NCBI RefSeq assembly: GCF_963921235.1
Contig: NC_086103.1
Location: forward strand, 72,850,001-72,914,000
DNA from: Mobula hypostoma
Taxonomy: Eukaryota
Direction: 5' to 3'
Length of the DNA: 64,000 bases
This document shows, piece by piece, positions 50,701 to 62,764 of the stretch (the first letter of the stretch is position 1; each line of letters starts with the position of its first letter). Below the pieces are notes generated by a model, which searched no databases, was not told where the DNA came from, and was given only the letters and a program-made list of their open reading frames with translations. A program made the translations under genes and the position numbers.

Positions 50701-53700
50701 TATTTTAGACAATCTCTCCTTTGTCAAATAATAATGATGTACAATTTTAAGTTGAATTAAAGAATGACTGGCACAAATCGAAGAAGAGTTAACCAGCTTC
50801 AAAATTTGCAACCAATCCTCTGTTATCAGGGTCATATTAAGCTCTCTTTCCCAATCTTGCTTAATGTTAAGTAAAGGATAGTTATCCTGTTGTAATAGTA
50901 AATTATAAATTTTCCCAATAAAACCTTTCAGTAAAGGGTTCATTTTTAAAATAATGTCTAACAGGTCAGAGCCTTGTATATATGGAAAATTACTTAAATA
51001 TTCTTGTAAGAAATGTCTGACCTGAAGATATTGCAATAAATGTGAGTATGAGAGGGTGTATTTAGTTACTAATTTCTCAAAGGACATCAATCGACCTTCT
51101 TGAAACAAGTCGATAAAGGAAAAAATTCCTTTATTCCTCCAAAGAGAAAAGGTAGGATCACTAAGTGAAGGTTTAAATAAATAGTTTCGATAAATTAAAC
51201 TGAAAAGGTAAGATTTTTTAAGATTTAAAAACTTACAAAACTGGTACCAAATTCGTAATGATTGATTAATCATAGGAATTATATTTAAATAGAAATTTTG
51301 GTTAATTGTACAGGTAAAGGAGCTCCTAATAACGAAGTTAAATGAAATTGTTTCACCATTTTCAATTCCAAATCAACCCAAGATGGTCGTTCCTTTTTAT
51401 CGGTCCAATATAACCAAGAACACGCATAACGTATATTAACGGCCCAATAGTACATTCTTAAATTAGGCAAAGTAAGACCTCCATCCTTTTTTAATTTTTG
51501 TAAATGACATTTTCCAATTCTTGGTCTTTTATTATTCCAAACAAAAGATCAAATAATAAAATCAACCTAATCAAAAAACTTCTTAGTTAGAAAAATAGGA
51601 ATGTTTTGAAATACATATAAAAATTTTGGTAAAATCATCATTTTAACTGCATGAATTCGACTTACGAACGAAAGTGTAAGTGGATTCCATCTAGAAAAAA
51701 TTTGCTTCATAAAATCCACCCAGGGAACTAAATTAGCTCTACAAAGGTCTCCGTAATTTTTAGTGATGATAATACCTAAATATTTAAAAGAATCTGTAAC
51801 CTTTAGTGGAATATTACCATATATAGATGCGGAATCATTTAAAGGAAATAATTCACTTTTATGCAGGTTTAATTTATATCCTGAAAACAATCCAAATTCA
51901 TTTAATAATTTCAATAAGCTAGGAATAGATTCTTCGGGATTCGAAATATAAACCAAAAAATCATCCGCATAAAGGGAGATCTTATGAATAGTCCCATTTA
52001 TAGAAATTCCTTGAATATTTTTAGCTTCACGAAGTGCAATAGCCAAGGGATCCAACATCAAGTTAAATAACAGAGGACTTAATGGATATCTTTGTCTCGT
52101 ACCCCGGGAAAGCTGGAAAAAGGGGATCTACAGTTATTAGAGATAACAGTGGCAATAGGGCTTTTATATATCAATCTAATCCATTTATTAAAATTAGTAC
52201 CAAAGCTAAATTTCTCTAAAACTTTGAATAGATATTTCCATTCAACTTGTATCAAATGCCTTTTCAGCATCTAGAGAAACAACACATTGGGGGGTCTTAG
52301 AGAGGGATGAGTATATAATAGTTAACAATCTCCGAGTATTAGAAAAAGAATAACGGCCTTTTACAAAACCAGTTTGATCCTGAGAAATAATTTTTGCCAG
52401 TATATTCTCCATCCGATTAGCCATTATTTTTGAAAGAATTTTGGCATCCACATTTAATAACGAAATAGGTCTATATGAAGCACAATCAGTAGGGTATTTA
52501 TCTTCCTTAAGAATTAAAGAAATAGAAGCTTTATAAAATGTGGAAGGTAACTCTCCTAACAGAAAAGGATCTTTAAGCATTTCCAACATATAAGGAGTAA
52601 GCAAATGTTCAAATTTTTTAATAAAATCCTGCAGTAAAACCATCCAATCCAGGAGCTTTACCAGATTGCATTGAAAGAATAGCTTTCTGAATTTCTCTTT
52701 CAGTGAAAGGAGCATCAAGAATTTGCTGATCTTCAATAGATATTCTAGGAAAATCAATCTTTTGTAAAAAGGCATACATATTAGAAGGGTCAGCTGGAAA
52801 CAGATTTATAGAGTTCACTGTAATAGTCTTGAAAAAAATTATTAATATCTTCATAATTACTAGCTAAACTAACATCTCCCTTATGAAATTTTTAAAATTT
52901 GTCTTTTAGCTCTAACTGCTTTAAGTTGAGATGCTAATAGCTTGTTACTTTTATCTCCAAACATATAAAATTGACTTTTTAATTTAAGCAAATTTCTTTC
53001 AATAGGATAAGTTAATAGTAAATTATATTGTGATTGAAGTTCAACCCTTTGTTTAAATAAATCAACATTAGGAGAAACTGCATAAGTGTTATCCAGATCT
53101 GGAAATTGTATGTAACTCTATTTTTGTCTATTTCTTAAGTTTAGCCAAATAAGATATTATCTGACCTCGCAAATATGCTTTGAGTGTATCCCATACAATC
53201 AATTTCGAAACATCTCCCGTATTATTAAAAAGAAAGAAATCTTTTATCTGAATCTCTATAAATTTAACAAAGTCCGAACTTTGTAATAAATTTTCTGGAA
53301 AGCGCCAAGGCAAGTTTACATTACTAACATCATTTAACTCAAAAGTTAAGCCTAAAGGCGCATGGTCCAAGACTGCAATAGCATCATATTCACATTTCTG
53401 GACTTTGGACAAAAATCGGAAACCAGCTATAAAATAATCAATTCTCGAATATTTATTATGAACATGTGAATAAAAAGAATAATCTCTGTGATTAGGATGT
53501 AAATTTCTCCAGATTTCTATCAAACCATAATCAGTTAAAAAGGAATTAATAAGTGTTGCCGAACGACTCAAAAGCTGCTGATTGGTTGAACTTTTGTCAA
53601 TCAAAGGGTTTAAAGAACAGTTGAAGTCACCTCCCTTCAGTAGCATATATTCATTTAAGTCTGGTAATAAACCAAGTACATTTTTTTAAAAAAGAAGGAT

Positions 53701-53976
53701 CATCTACATTAAGTCCGTATAGATTAACCAGGGCAATTTTTCTATTACAAATTATTCCTTTTATAATTAAAAATCTACCATTATTATCTGAAACAATGTC
53801 TTCTTGAATAAATATTAGATTTAATAAAAATAGATACTCCCTTTGTCTTATTTTGACAAGTAATATGATATTGAAGGCCCTTCCATGTTTTAAAAGATCT
53901 ATTTTGATCGCCCGTTCTGATATGCGTTTCTTGAGCAAAAATTATATCGGGCTGGAATCGATTAAAAATTTTAAAT

Positions 53977-55713
53977 AACACACATCAAAGTTACTGGTGA
54001 ACGCAGCAGGCCAAGCAGCACCTCTAGGAAGAGGTACAGTCGACGTTTCAGGCCGAGACTCTTCGTCAGGACTAACTGAAGGAAGAGTGAGTAAGAGATG
54101 TGAAAGTTGGAGGGGGAGGGGGAGATCCAAAATGATAGGAGAAGACAGGAGGGGGAGGGATAGAGCCAAGAGTTGGACAGGTGATAGGCAAAAGGGGATA
54201 CGAGAGGATCATGGGACAGGAGGTCCGGAAAGAAAGACAAGGGGGGGGGACCCAGAGGATGGGCAAGAGGTATATTCAGAGGGACAGAGGGAGAGAAAGG
54301 AGAGTGAGAGAAAGAATGTGTGCATAAAAATGAGTAACAGATGGGGTACGAGGGGGAGGTGAGGCCTTAGCGGAAGTTAGAGAAGTCGATGTTCATGCCA
54401 TCAGGTTGGAGGCTACCCAGACGGGTTGTTCCTCCAACCTGAGTGTGGCTTCATCTTTACAGTAGAGGAGGCCGTGGATGGACATGTCAGAATGGGAATG
54501 GGATGTGGAATTAAAATGTGTGGCCACTGGGAGATCCTGCTTTCTCTGGCGGACAGAGCGTAGATGTTCAGCAAAGCGGTCTCCCAGTCTGCGTCGGGTC
54601 TCGCCAATATATAAAAGGCCACATCGGGAGCACCGGACGCAGTATATCACCCCAGTCGACTCACAGGTGAAGTGTTGCCTCACCTGGAAGGACTGTTTGG
54701 GGCCCTGAATGGTGGTAAGGGAGGAAGTGTAAGGGCATGTGTAGCACTTGTTCTGCTTACACGGATAAGTGCCAGGAGGGAGATCAGTGGGGAGGGATGG
54801 GGGGGACGAATGGACAAGGGAGTTGTGTAGGGAGTAATCCCTGCGGAATGCAGGGGGGGGAGGGAAAGATGTGCTTAGTGGTGGGATCCCATTGGAGGTG
54901 GCGGAAGTTACGGAGAATAATATGTTGGACCTGGAGGCTGGTGGGGTGGTAGGTGAGGACCAGGGGAACCCTATTCCTAGTGGGGTGGCGGGAGGATGGA
55001 GTGAGAGCAGATGTACGTGAAATGGGGGAGATGCGTTTAAAAGCAGAGTTGATAGTGGAGGAAGGGAAGCCCCTTTCTTTAAAAAAGGAAGACATCTCCC
55101 TCGTCCTAGAATGAAAAACCTCATCCTGAGAGCAGATGCAGCGGAGACGGAGGAATTGCGAGAAGGGGATGGCGTTTTTGCAAGAGACAAGGTGAGAAGA
55201 GGAATAGTCCAGATAGCTGTGAGAGTCAGTAGGCTTATAGTAGACATCAGTGGATAAGGTGTCTCCAGAGACAGAGACAGAAAGATCTAGAAAGGGGAGG
55301 GAGGTGTCGGAAATGGACCAGGTAAACTTGAGGGCAGGGTGAAAGTTGGAGGCAAAGTTAATAAAGTTAACGAGTTCTGCATGCGTGCAGGAAGCAGCGC
55401 CAATGCAGTCATCGATGTAGCGAAGGAAAAGTGGGGGACAGATACCAGAATAGGCACGGAACATAGATTGTTCCACAAACCCAACAAAAAGGCAGGCATA
55501 GCTAGGACCCATACGGGTGCCCATAGCTACACCTTTAGTCTGGAGGAAGTGGGAGGAGCTAAAGGAGAAATTATTAAGAGTAAGGACTAATTCCGCTAGA
55601 CGGAGCAGGTGGTAGAGGGGAACTGATTAGGTCTGAAATCCAAAAAGAAGCGTAGAGCTTTAAGACCTTCCTGATGGGGGATGGAAGTATATAAGGACTG
55701 GACATCCATGGTG
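53977..55713 (-). mobile_element. Penelope-like element (RT + GIY-YIG), 5'-truncated, inserted in L1 ORF2
   Basis: ORF 54784..55524 (MGTRMGPSYACLF, FLRYIDD); ORF 54393..55247 (VIYCVRC..LYIGETRRRL..RFAEH); 9-bp TSD ATTTTAAAT (53968-76 / 55714-22). Confidence 0.93.
54037..54074 (-). ncRNA. Minimal hammerhead ribozyme motif (PLE)
   Basis: Minus strand TAGTC-CTGACGA-AGAGTCTCGGCCT-GAAAC-GTC/GACTG; one mismatch in helix II relative to the 4461 copy. Confidence 0.7.
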
Positions 55714-58700
55714 ATTTTAAATGTCTTCTTTCGCTTAATAGGGTGATTCCAGCCACGTACATTCCAACTAATAACGTTTATCTGTTTAAGTACCATTGGA
55801 TATTATTCTTAAACACGACAATACACGCATACCATCGCGGGCTAATCAAAGATGGCGGTGATGAATATAACCAAATAGAAAACGCGCATGCTCCGGAACT
55901 CCATAATGGGGAAAAATACAAAAGTGTGTGTGAAAAAAAATCCCTCAATAAACCCTAAAATACAAAAATACCCCCAAACCTCCCACCATCCCCAAAGAAG
56001 GAAATCCGGCAAAAGAAAGAAAGGCCGGAACGCATCCCCAAGAAAAGATATAAGAACGGAATTCCGCGTGCTGCTTAATTTAAATAATGATTAAAAGTTT
56101 TTTCTCCCCATTCCCCCCCTTACAACGAAAATACGTAACCTTAAAATAAGAAAGCCCAGCGAAGAAAAATTGTTTGTACTTAATCATCGAAAATAGGCTA
56201 AAGGAATGCGGAGACAGTCTCCAAAGACACCGAAACAATATTATTAACCCAAACAGTTTAATCTCTAAAGAGAGAAAATCAACACCATTATTCTTTAACT
56301 TACTACCTTATTTAACAAAAAATTAAAGCTAATTATCTATTACTAAACACTCCATAATATAAGAAAAAAATCTATATAAACTGCAAGCAAACTATCACTT
56401 AATTAATAAAGAAAAAGAAAAATAGAAACAGATAATCAAACCAGTTTACAATCTATCCGCTGTATTAATTCACTCCGTATACTAAACAGTCTTCAAAAGA
56501 AAGTCATTCTTTAATCAAACCAAGAAGACCACCTCTTCTTTAAGTAATCCATCAATCAAAAGATATCTTCAGCATACCGAAATCTTCAAAACCTGTTTTC
56601 TTTCAGAAAATTATTCGGAGACTCTAATATCCTTCATACTTCAGCCGATTCCACAATAGAATTGACAAAATCCAATGCCGCTTGGGGATCCAAGAAGACA
56701 CGAGGGGTAGAGTCTTTAGGAAATAACTTCAGTTTTTCTGGATATCTCAGGGATGGAAAAAAAGTTTTTTCGTAAGCGATTTTCATGACCGGTGTGAATT
56801 TGATCCGTTGTTCCATAACTTCCCATGGATAATCTTAATAAAGACGGATCTCGGAACCGTTAAATTTAAAAACTTTCTGTTTTCTTGCACGTTTTATGAT
56901 TTGATCTTAAACTTTAAAGCGAAGAAAGTTGACTAAAATTGGTCGAGTTTGACGAAGTATAAATTCTGTGAGCTCTTTCAATCTCGGGAGGCTGAGATAG
57001 AATATCTGGGAACAGAGATTGAAACAGATTGGCAAAATAATCCAATAGATTCCCAGATTCAGAGTGTTTCGGAAGACCCAGAATACAAATGTTATTCCTA
57101 CGAGACTTTGCCTCCAAATCGAAAATTTTGCGTTGAGCCTGTTCCAGTCGGGTTGAAATATCCGCAATCTGACGTTTCGATTCTTTAAACTCAGTATTCA
57201 AGGAAAGAATATTTTCCTCAATAGTCTGTAAACTCTGTCGAAACGACTTCAACTCAGAGGTGTTATTATCCATTTTGTTATTGAGAGCCATCAATGTACG
57301 TTCCAAACGCTCAGCCCAGACAGGCATATCTTCTGATTTTTCTTTTGAAGTTTTTTCCTTTCCATTGCTGGGTTCAAAAGGCTGTTTTCCACTTCTTAAA
57401 GGATACGACAAAATGACCACTATTTCCCTCTAAGATCCAAAAAATAAAAGTTGAATAATTCAAGGTTTAGACTGGGGAAAAGGAGGAATTAAAGGCAGCC
57501 ACAAAATTTATGTGTTACTCCATTGAGCTGCAGGCGGATTCCCGATCTTTCAAAAGTCGATAGATTCTGGCATGGTTCCGGAGGACTGGAAGATTGCAAC
57601 TGTCACTCCGCTATTTAAGAAGGGGGCAAGGAAGTAAAAAGGAAATTATAGACCTGTTAGCTTGACATTGGTGGTTGGGAAGTTGTTGGAGTCGATTGTC
57701 AAGGATGAGGTTACAGAGTACCTGGAGGCATATGACAAGATAGGCAGAACTCAGCATGGATTCCTTAAAGGAAAATCTTGCCTGACAAATCTATTACAAT
57801 TTTTTGAGGAAATTACCAGTAGGCTAGACAAGAGAGATGCAGTGAATGTTGTATATTTGGATTTTCAGAAGGCCTTTGATAAGGTGCCACACATGAGGCT
57901 ACTTAACAAGATAAGAGCCCATGGAATTACGGAAAAGTTACATACGTGGATAGAGCATTGGCTGATTGGCAGGAAACAGAGAGTGGGAATAAAGGGATCC
58001 TATTCTGGTTGGCTGCCGGTTACCAGTGGTGTTCCACAGGGATCAGTGTTGGGGCCGCTTCTTTTTACATTGTACATCAACGATTTGGATTATGGAATAG
58101 ATGGCTTTGTGGCTAAGTTTGCTGACGATACGAAGATAGGTGGAGGGGCCGGTAGTGCTGAGGAAACAGAAAGTCTGCAGAGAGACTTGGATAGATTGGA
58201 AGAATGGGCAAAGAAGTGGCAATGTTGGAAAGTGTATGGTTATGCACTTTGGCAGAAGAAATAAATGGGCAGACTATTATTTAAATGGGGAAAGAATTCA
58301 AAGTTCTGAGATGCAACAGGACTTGGGAGTTCTCGTACAGGATACCCTTAAGGTTAACCTCCAGGTTGAGTCAGTAGTGAAGAAGACGAATGCAATGTTG
58401 GCATTCATTTCTAGAGAAATAGAGTATAGGAGCAGGGATGTGATGTTGAGGCTCTATAAGGCGCTAGTGAGACTTCACTTGGAGTACTGTGGGCAGTTTT
58501 GGTCTCCTTATTTAAGAAAGGATGTGCTGACGTTGGAGTGAGTACAGAGAAGATTCACCAGAATGATTCCGGGAATGAGAGGGTTAACATATGAGGAACG
58601 TTTGTCCGCTCTTGGACTGTATTCCTTGGAGTTTAGAAGATTGAGGGGAGACCTCATAGAAACATTTTGAATGTTGAAACGCATGGACAGGGTGGATGTG

Positions 58701-59223
58701 GCAAAGTTGTTTCCCATGATGGGGGAGTCTAGTACAAGAGGGCAGGACTTAAGGATTCAGAACAGAAATGCGAAGAAAGTTTTTTAGTCAGAGGGTGGTG
58801 AATCTATGGAATTTGTTGCCACGGGCAGCAGTGGAGGCCAAGTCATCGGGTGTATTTAAGGCAGAGATTGATAGGTATCTGAGTAGCCAGGGCATCAAAG
58901 GTTATGGTGATAAGGCGGGGGAGTGGGACTAAATGGGAGAATGGATCAGCTAATGATAAAATGGCGGAGCAGACTCGATGGGCCGAATGGCCGACTTCTA
59001 CTCCTTTGTCTTATGGTCTTATGGTGTAGACTTTGATGGTAACGCTAGGGAGGAGCCGAGTGTTTGATAACACTTGCATCTTATCTTCAGGGTGTCGATG
59101 AACAACACCCATGTTCCTGTGGAAGGAACTCTTGTCCACGACAAGCCGGAAGCAACAGTTTAACTCGCAGCCACAGCATCTGCTGCAGCGACACGGACAG
59201 CGGCCGCCTCCGTGTCCGGCGCG

Positions 59224-59275
59224 ATGGCTGTTACTAGTGTTGTGGCTCATTTAACAATAATGTTTCTTCTGATGG
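59224..59275 (+). CDS. TIM-like copy 3 exon 1: signal peptide MAVTSVVAHLTIMFLLM(G)
   Basis: Kozak gcgATGG, donor G|GTACGT at 59276. Confidence 0.88.
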
Positions 59276-59741
59276 GTACGTTTCTGAAAGCAGGAATCGA
59301 ATTCACTTGTTTAATCTTGTTGTTACAACTTCTTGGAATGCAGTAATTGAGGTGGAGCCAGTGTGTGAGTGAGGGAGCCTGGACCCTGAGTGGTGCCGGG
59401 TCTGCCGGGTTTGAAGATTGAGGGGTGATCTTGGATGACTGACTAGTGCTGATCTGAATGGACCTGATCACTGTGTATTGCACAATCATTGCGGTGAAGG
59501 TTTGGTAGCACAGTGGGTATGTGAGTGGGAAAATGAACGAGAGGCTGGATCTGTGATCAGAGGCGTCCGTTCGATTCCCACTGGGCAGTTTGGGGATTTT
59601 CCGTAATATTCCCCCGATGCCTCGCAGCAGGTAAAATGGATCAGTTTCTCAATGCTGGGACGGGTTTTCAAACTGTGGACACACCCTCTTTCATCATCCC
59701 ATTCAGCGCCATCTGTAACTTTCTTTCCTGCATTGTTTCAG

Positions 59742-60089
59742 GTCGAGTCGCCTTCGTCTCTGAGACAAACGTGCGAGGAGTCACGGGACAGTCGATCACA
59801 CTGCCATGCCACTATTCTGTCGGAAAATATGTAAAAAGTGCGATGTGCTGGGGTCGAGGACAGTGCCCTTTAAGCGGCTGCGGACACGTGTTGATCGGAA
59901 CAAATGGAGACAGAGTAACTTCTGTAACATCCCAGAGATACAGTCTTGGTGGTAGGATTGCGTCAGGAGATGTGTCGCTCACTATAAATGATCTACAGAG
60001 AGAAGATAGCGGCTGGTATTGCTGCCGTGTGGAGATTCTGGGACTGTTTAATGATCTGAAAACGAATTTGAATCTCCGGGCTTTGGACG
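59742..60089 (+). CDS. TIM-like copy 3 exon 2: IgV domain
   Basis: Canonical AG/GTAAG, 348 nt, six Cys, CPLSGCGHV loop, FG-loop EILGLFND. Confidence 0.95.
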
Positions 60090-60536
60090 GTAAGCAGCTC
60101 AATGTTACATGATTCTGTGGTAGGTTAATCGGTCACTGTAAACTGCCTCTAGTGTAGATAAACGGCAGGACAATGGCGGGGAGCTGTTTCCAGGGAGATA
60201 TGGGGGATGTATCTGAAGGGATTCCTGGGCAGATGATATGTTCTCGATGGGTTGAACAGCCCTCTTCTGCTGCTGAGAGCGTAAGAAATAACATAATCAA
60301 TACTGATTTATTGTTTATTCTGTTGTATATCCAGTAGAATGGATAATGTGCAGGATGAAAACGGCGGGACATTACAGTGTGATACGGACAAAGAGTGCAT
60401 TGTCTGAGATTCTGTGGAGAGGAATGTTTTGTGTGTTGCATCAAATATACAACACAAAACAATGGGCTTCGGGTGTTAATAACAGTGTTAATGCTGCTGT
60501 CAGAGGAGCATAACAAATAGAAGCAGGAGTTATCCA

Positions 60537-61596
60537 TTGGACATTTCTGGCTGTTCCAACATTCATTATCATGATATCAGATATCAGTTCCTCAGTCTCC
60601 GCCGCATCTGCTCCGAGGATGAGGTTTTCCGTTCCAGGACATCTCAAATGCCCTCTTTCTTCAAGGATCATGGTTTCCCTTCTGCTGTCATCAATGATGC
60701 CCTCACCCGCATCTCCTCCATTTCCCGCACTTCGGCTCTCACCCCATCCTCCCGCCACCACAACAGGGACAGAGTTCCCCTTGTCCTCACCTACCACCCC
60801 ACCAGCCTCCAGATCCAACACATTATGCTCTGCAACTTCCGCCACCTTCAACAGGACCCCACCACTAAGCAAATCTTTCCCTCTCCACCCCTCTTCACCT
60901 TCCGCAGGGATCAGTCCCTCCGCGACTCCCTGGTCCACACGTCCCTCCCCACGGATCTCCCACCTGGCACTTATCCCTGTAAGCGCAAGTGCTACACCTG
61001 TCCCTACACCTCCTCTCTTGCCACCATTCAGGGCCCCAAACAGTACTTCCAAGTGAGGCAACACTTCACTTGTGAATCTGTTGGGGTCAACTATTGCATC
61101 CGGTGCTCCCAGTGCAGCCCCGTCCACCACAACAGACAGGATCTCCCAGTAGCCACCCACTTCAACTCTGCTTCCCACTCCCATTCAGATATGTCCATAC
61201 ATGGCCTCCTCTACTACCATGATGAGGCTTATCTCAGGTTGGAGGAGCAACACCTCATATACCGTCTAGATAGTCTCCAGCCCCTTGGTATGAACATAGA
61301 ATTCTCCATCTTCCAGTAATTCCCTCCCCCTCCATTCCCCCTATCCCTATGTCACTCTGTCCCCTCCCCCAGCTGCCTATCACCTCCCTCTTGGTTTCGC
61401 CTCCTTCTACTACCCATTGTGTTTTCCCCTATTCCTTCTTCACCTTTCCTGCCTATCACCTCCCTGCTTCCCCTCCCTCACCCCTTTATCTTTCCCCTTA
61501 CTGGTTTTTCACCTGGAACCTCCCAGCCTTCTCCTTCCCACCCTCCCCCCACCTTCTTTATAGGGCCTCTGCCCCTTCCCTCTTCAGTCCTGATGA
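60537..61596 (+). mobile_element. Penelope-like element fragment (RT C-term/GIY-YIG, internally deleted)
   Basis: ORF 60537..61319 homologous to 54393..55247; tail cut at CAGTCCTGATGAA (start of hammerhead) by an LTR fragment. Confidence 0.88.
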
Positions 61597-62253
61597 ACAC
61601 AGAACACAGAGCCTTGGTCTTGGGGAGGACAGGAACACAGAACCCTGGTCTAGAGCACAGGAACATGGAGCCTTGGACTTGAGAGATAGGACACAGGGAC
61701 ATGGAACTCAGAGCCAGGACTCCTCCTGGGAACAGGACTTAGGGCTGGGACTCATACACGGAACATAGAGCCAGGAACCATCCTTGGGAACAGGACTAGG
61801 GGCCAGGGCTCGACACAATGCTGAACACGACGAGATGGTTCCCAACACCAGGTAGCAGCAAATGGCCGGACCTACCTAATGAAGGCATGGACACAGAGAC
61901 AGTTCAAAACAACAATAGACAGTTCCTTATCTTGCTCCAGCAGTTGAACTTGACAGCGGTGCAGTCAAAGGTTGCAGGCAAGGGTTACAGGCGAGGCAAG
62001 GCTTCAGACACTGGTTGCAGGGCAAGGCTTCAGGAGGAAGGAACAAAGAAGGGATTCAGACAGGGGGTTTGGACAGGAACAATCCAGCAGCCAAGCCCTG
62101 GTCTCCAGCGGTATTTATGTGTCTGCCCAAACGAGAATCATGTGCCTTAATTAGAGCACCCAACAGAACAATGGAAAACCGGAAAACCTGGAATACGGAT
62201 CGATGGACCGGACTGTGAACCAGAATGCGGACTTTATGGACCAGACCATGACA
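61597..62253 (-). mobile_element. LTR fragment of the family at 33183-35323
   Basis: Shares GGTAGCAGCAAATGGCCGGACCTACC and terminal CCAGACCATGACA. Confidence 0.8.
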
Positions 62254-62764
62254 GAGAGAGGTCAAAGCTGTCCACATTACTGAGCTTGTCTATATAACCT
62301 TGCTGCCTCTTCATATCCTCTTCTGTGCTCCCAGTCCCACTTGGTTTTACACCGTTGGTAAATCTCCAAATATACCCTTTGTTTCCTCATCAATTTCATT
62401 CCATCCCAGTCCTGAATAATGACCCCTTATTTTCAGATTATCCCTATTCTTGACAGGCAAAGCTTCTCAGACACCTACCCTTTCAAACCCTCTCAGAATT
62501 GTATGCATTTCAACAAGCTCATCTCTCATTCTTCTAAGCTCTGCCTTCTCCTCAACATCTGGGTAAAGAATAATATCTATTTGCCAGTGAAACCTTTTTC
62601 TTGGGTGTCTATGGAAATGCAGCTCATCAGCCCCTAGCTAATGAGCCACCGGATCCCACAGCAAGAAACCCACCTTTATCGGGCTTTGTATATCTAGGGT
62701 GTATATGACTTTGGTCCCACCAAATCCCTGAGGTTGGGATGTTTCACCCACCCAAACCCCAGTT

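Larger units (their letters stand above)
49914..57543 (-). mobile_element. Full-length degraded L1-clade LINE (ORF1 + ORF2), interrupted by a PLE
   Basis: ORF1 56634-57420 (LEAKSRRNNICILGLP..EIERAHR); ORF2 pieces: ISWNVRG at about 55770, GGDFN/SRIDY 53128..53646, YRPISLLNVDAKIL, SLDAEKAFD, LYADD; T-rich 3' tail at 49914; 15-bp TSD GATCTTTCAAAAGTC (49899-913 / 57544-558). Confidence 0.92.
47813..59024 (+). mobile_element. CR1 LINE (esterase ORF1 end + ORF2), split by an L1 insertion
   Basis: Esterase 47813-48325 (VIGDS, HVGTSDI, DRLHLN); endonuclease ORF 48394..49938; RT resumes 57544-59024 (ORFs 57662..58264, 58140..58541); (TTATGGTC)n tail. Confidence 0.93.

Noticed and set aside
59636-60112. 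Long 158-aa ORF as a single-exon gene starting at 59636
   Set aside because: Its N-terminal part is intron 1 (polypyrimidine tract and AG at 59740-41); the real leader is the exon at 59224-59275
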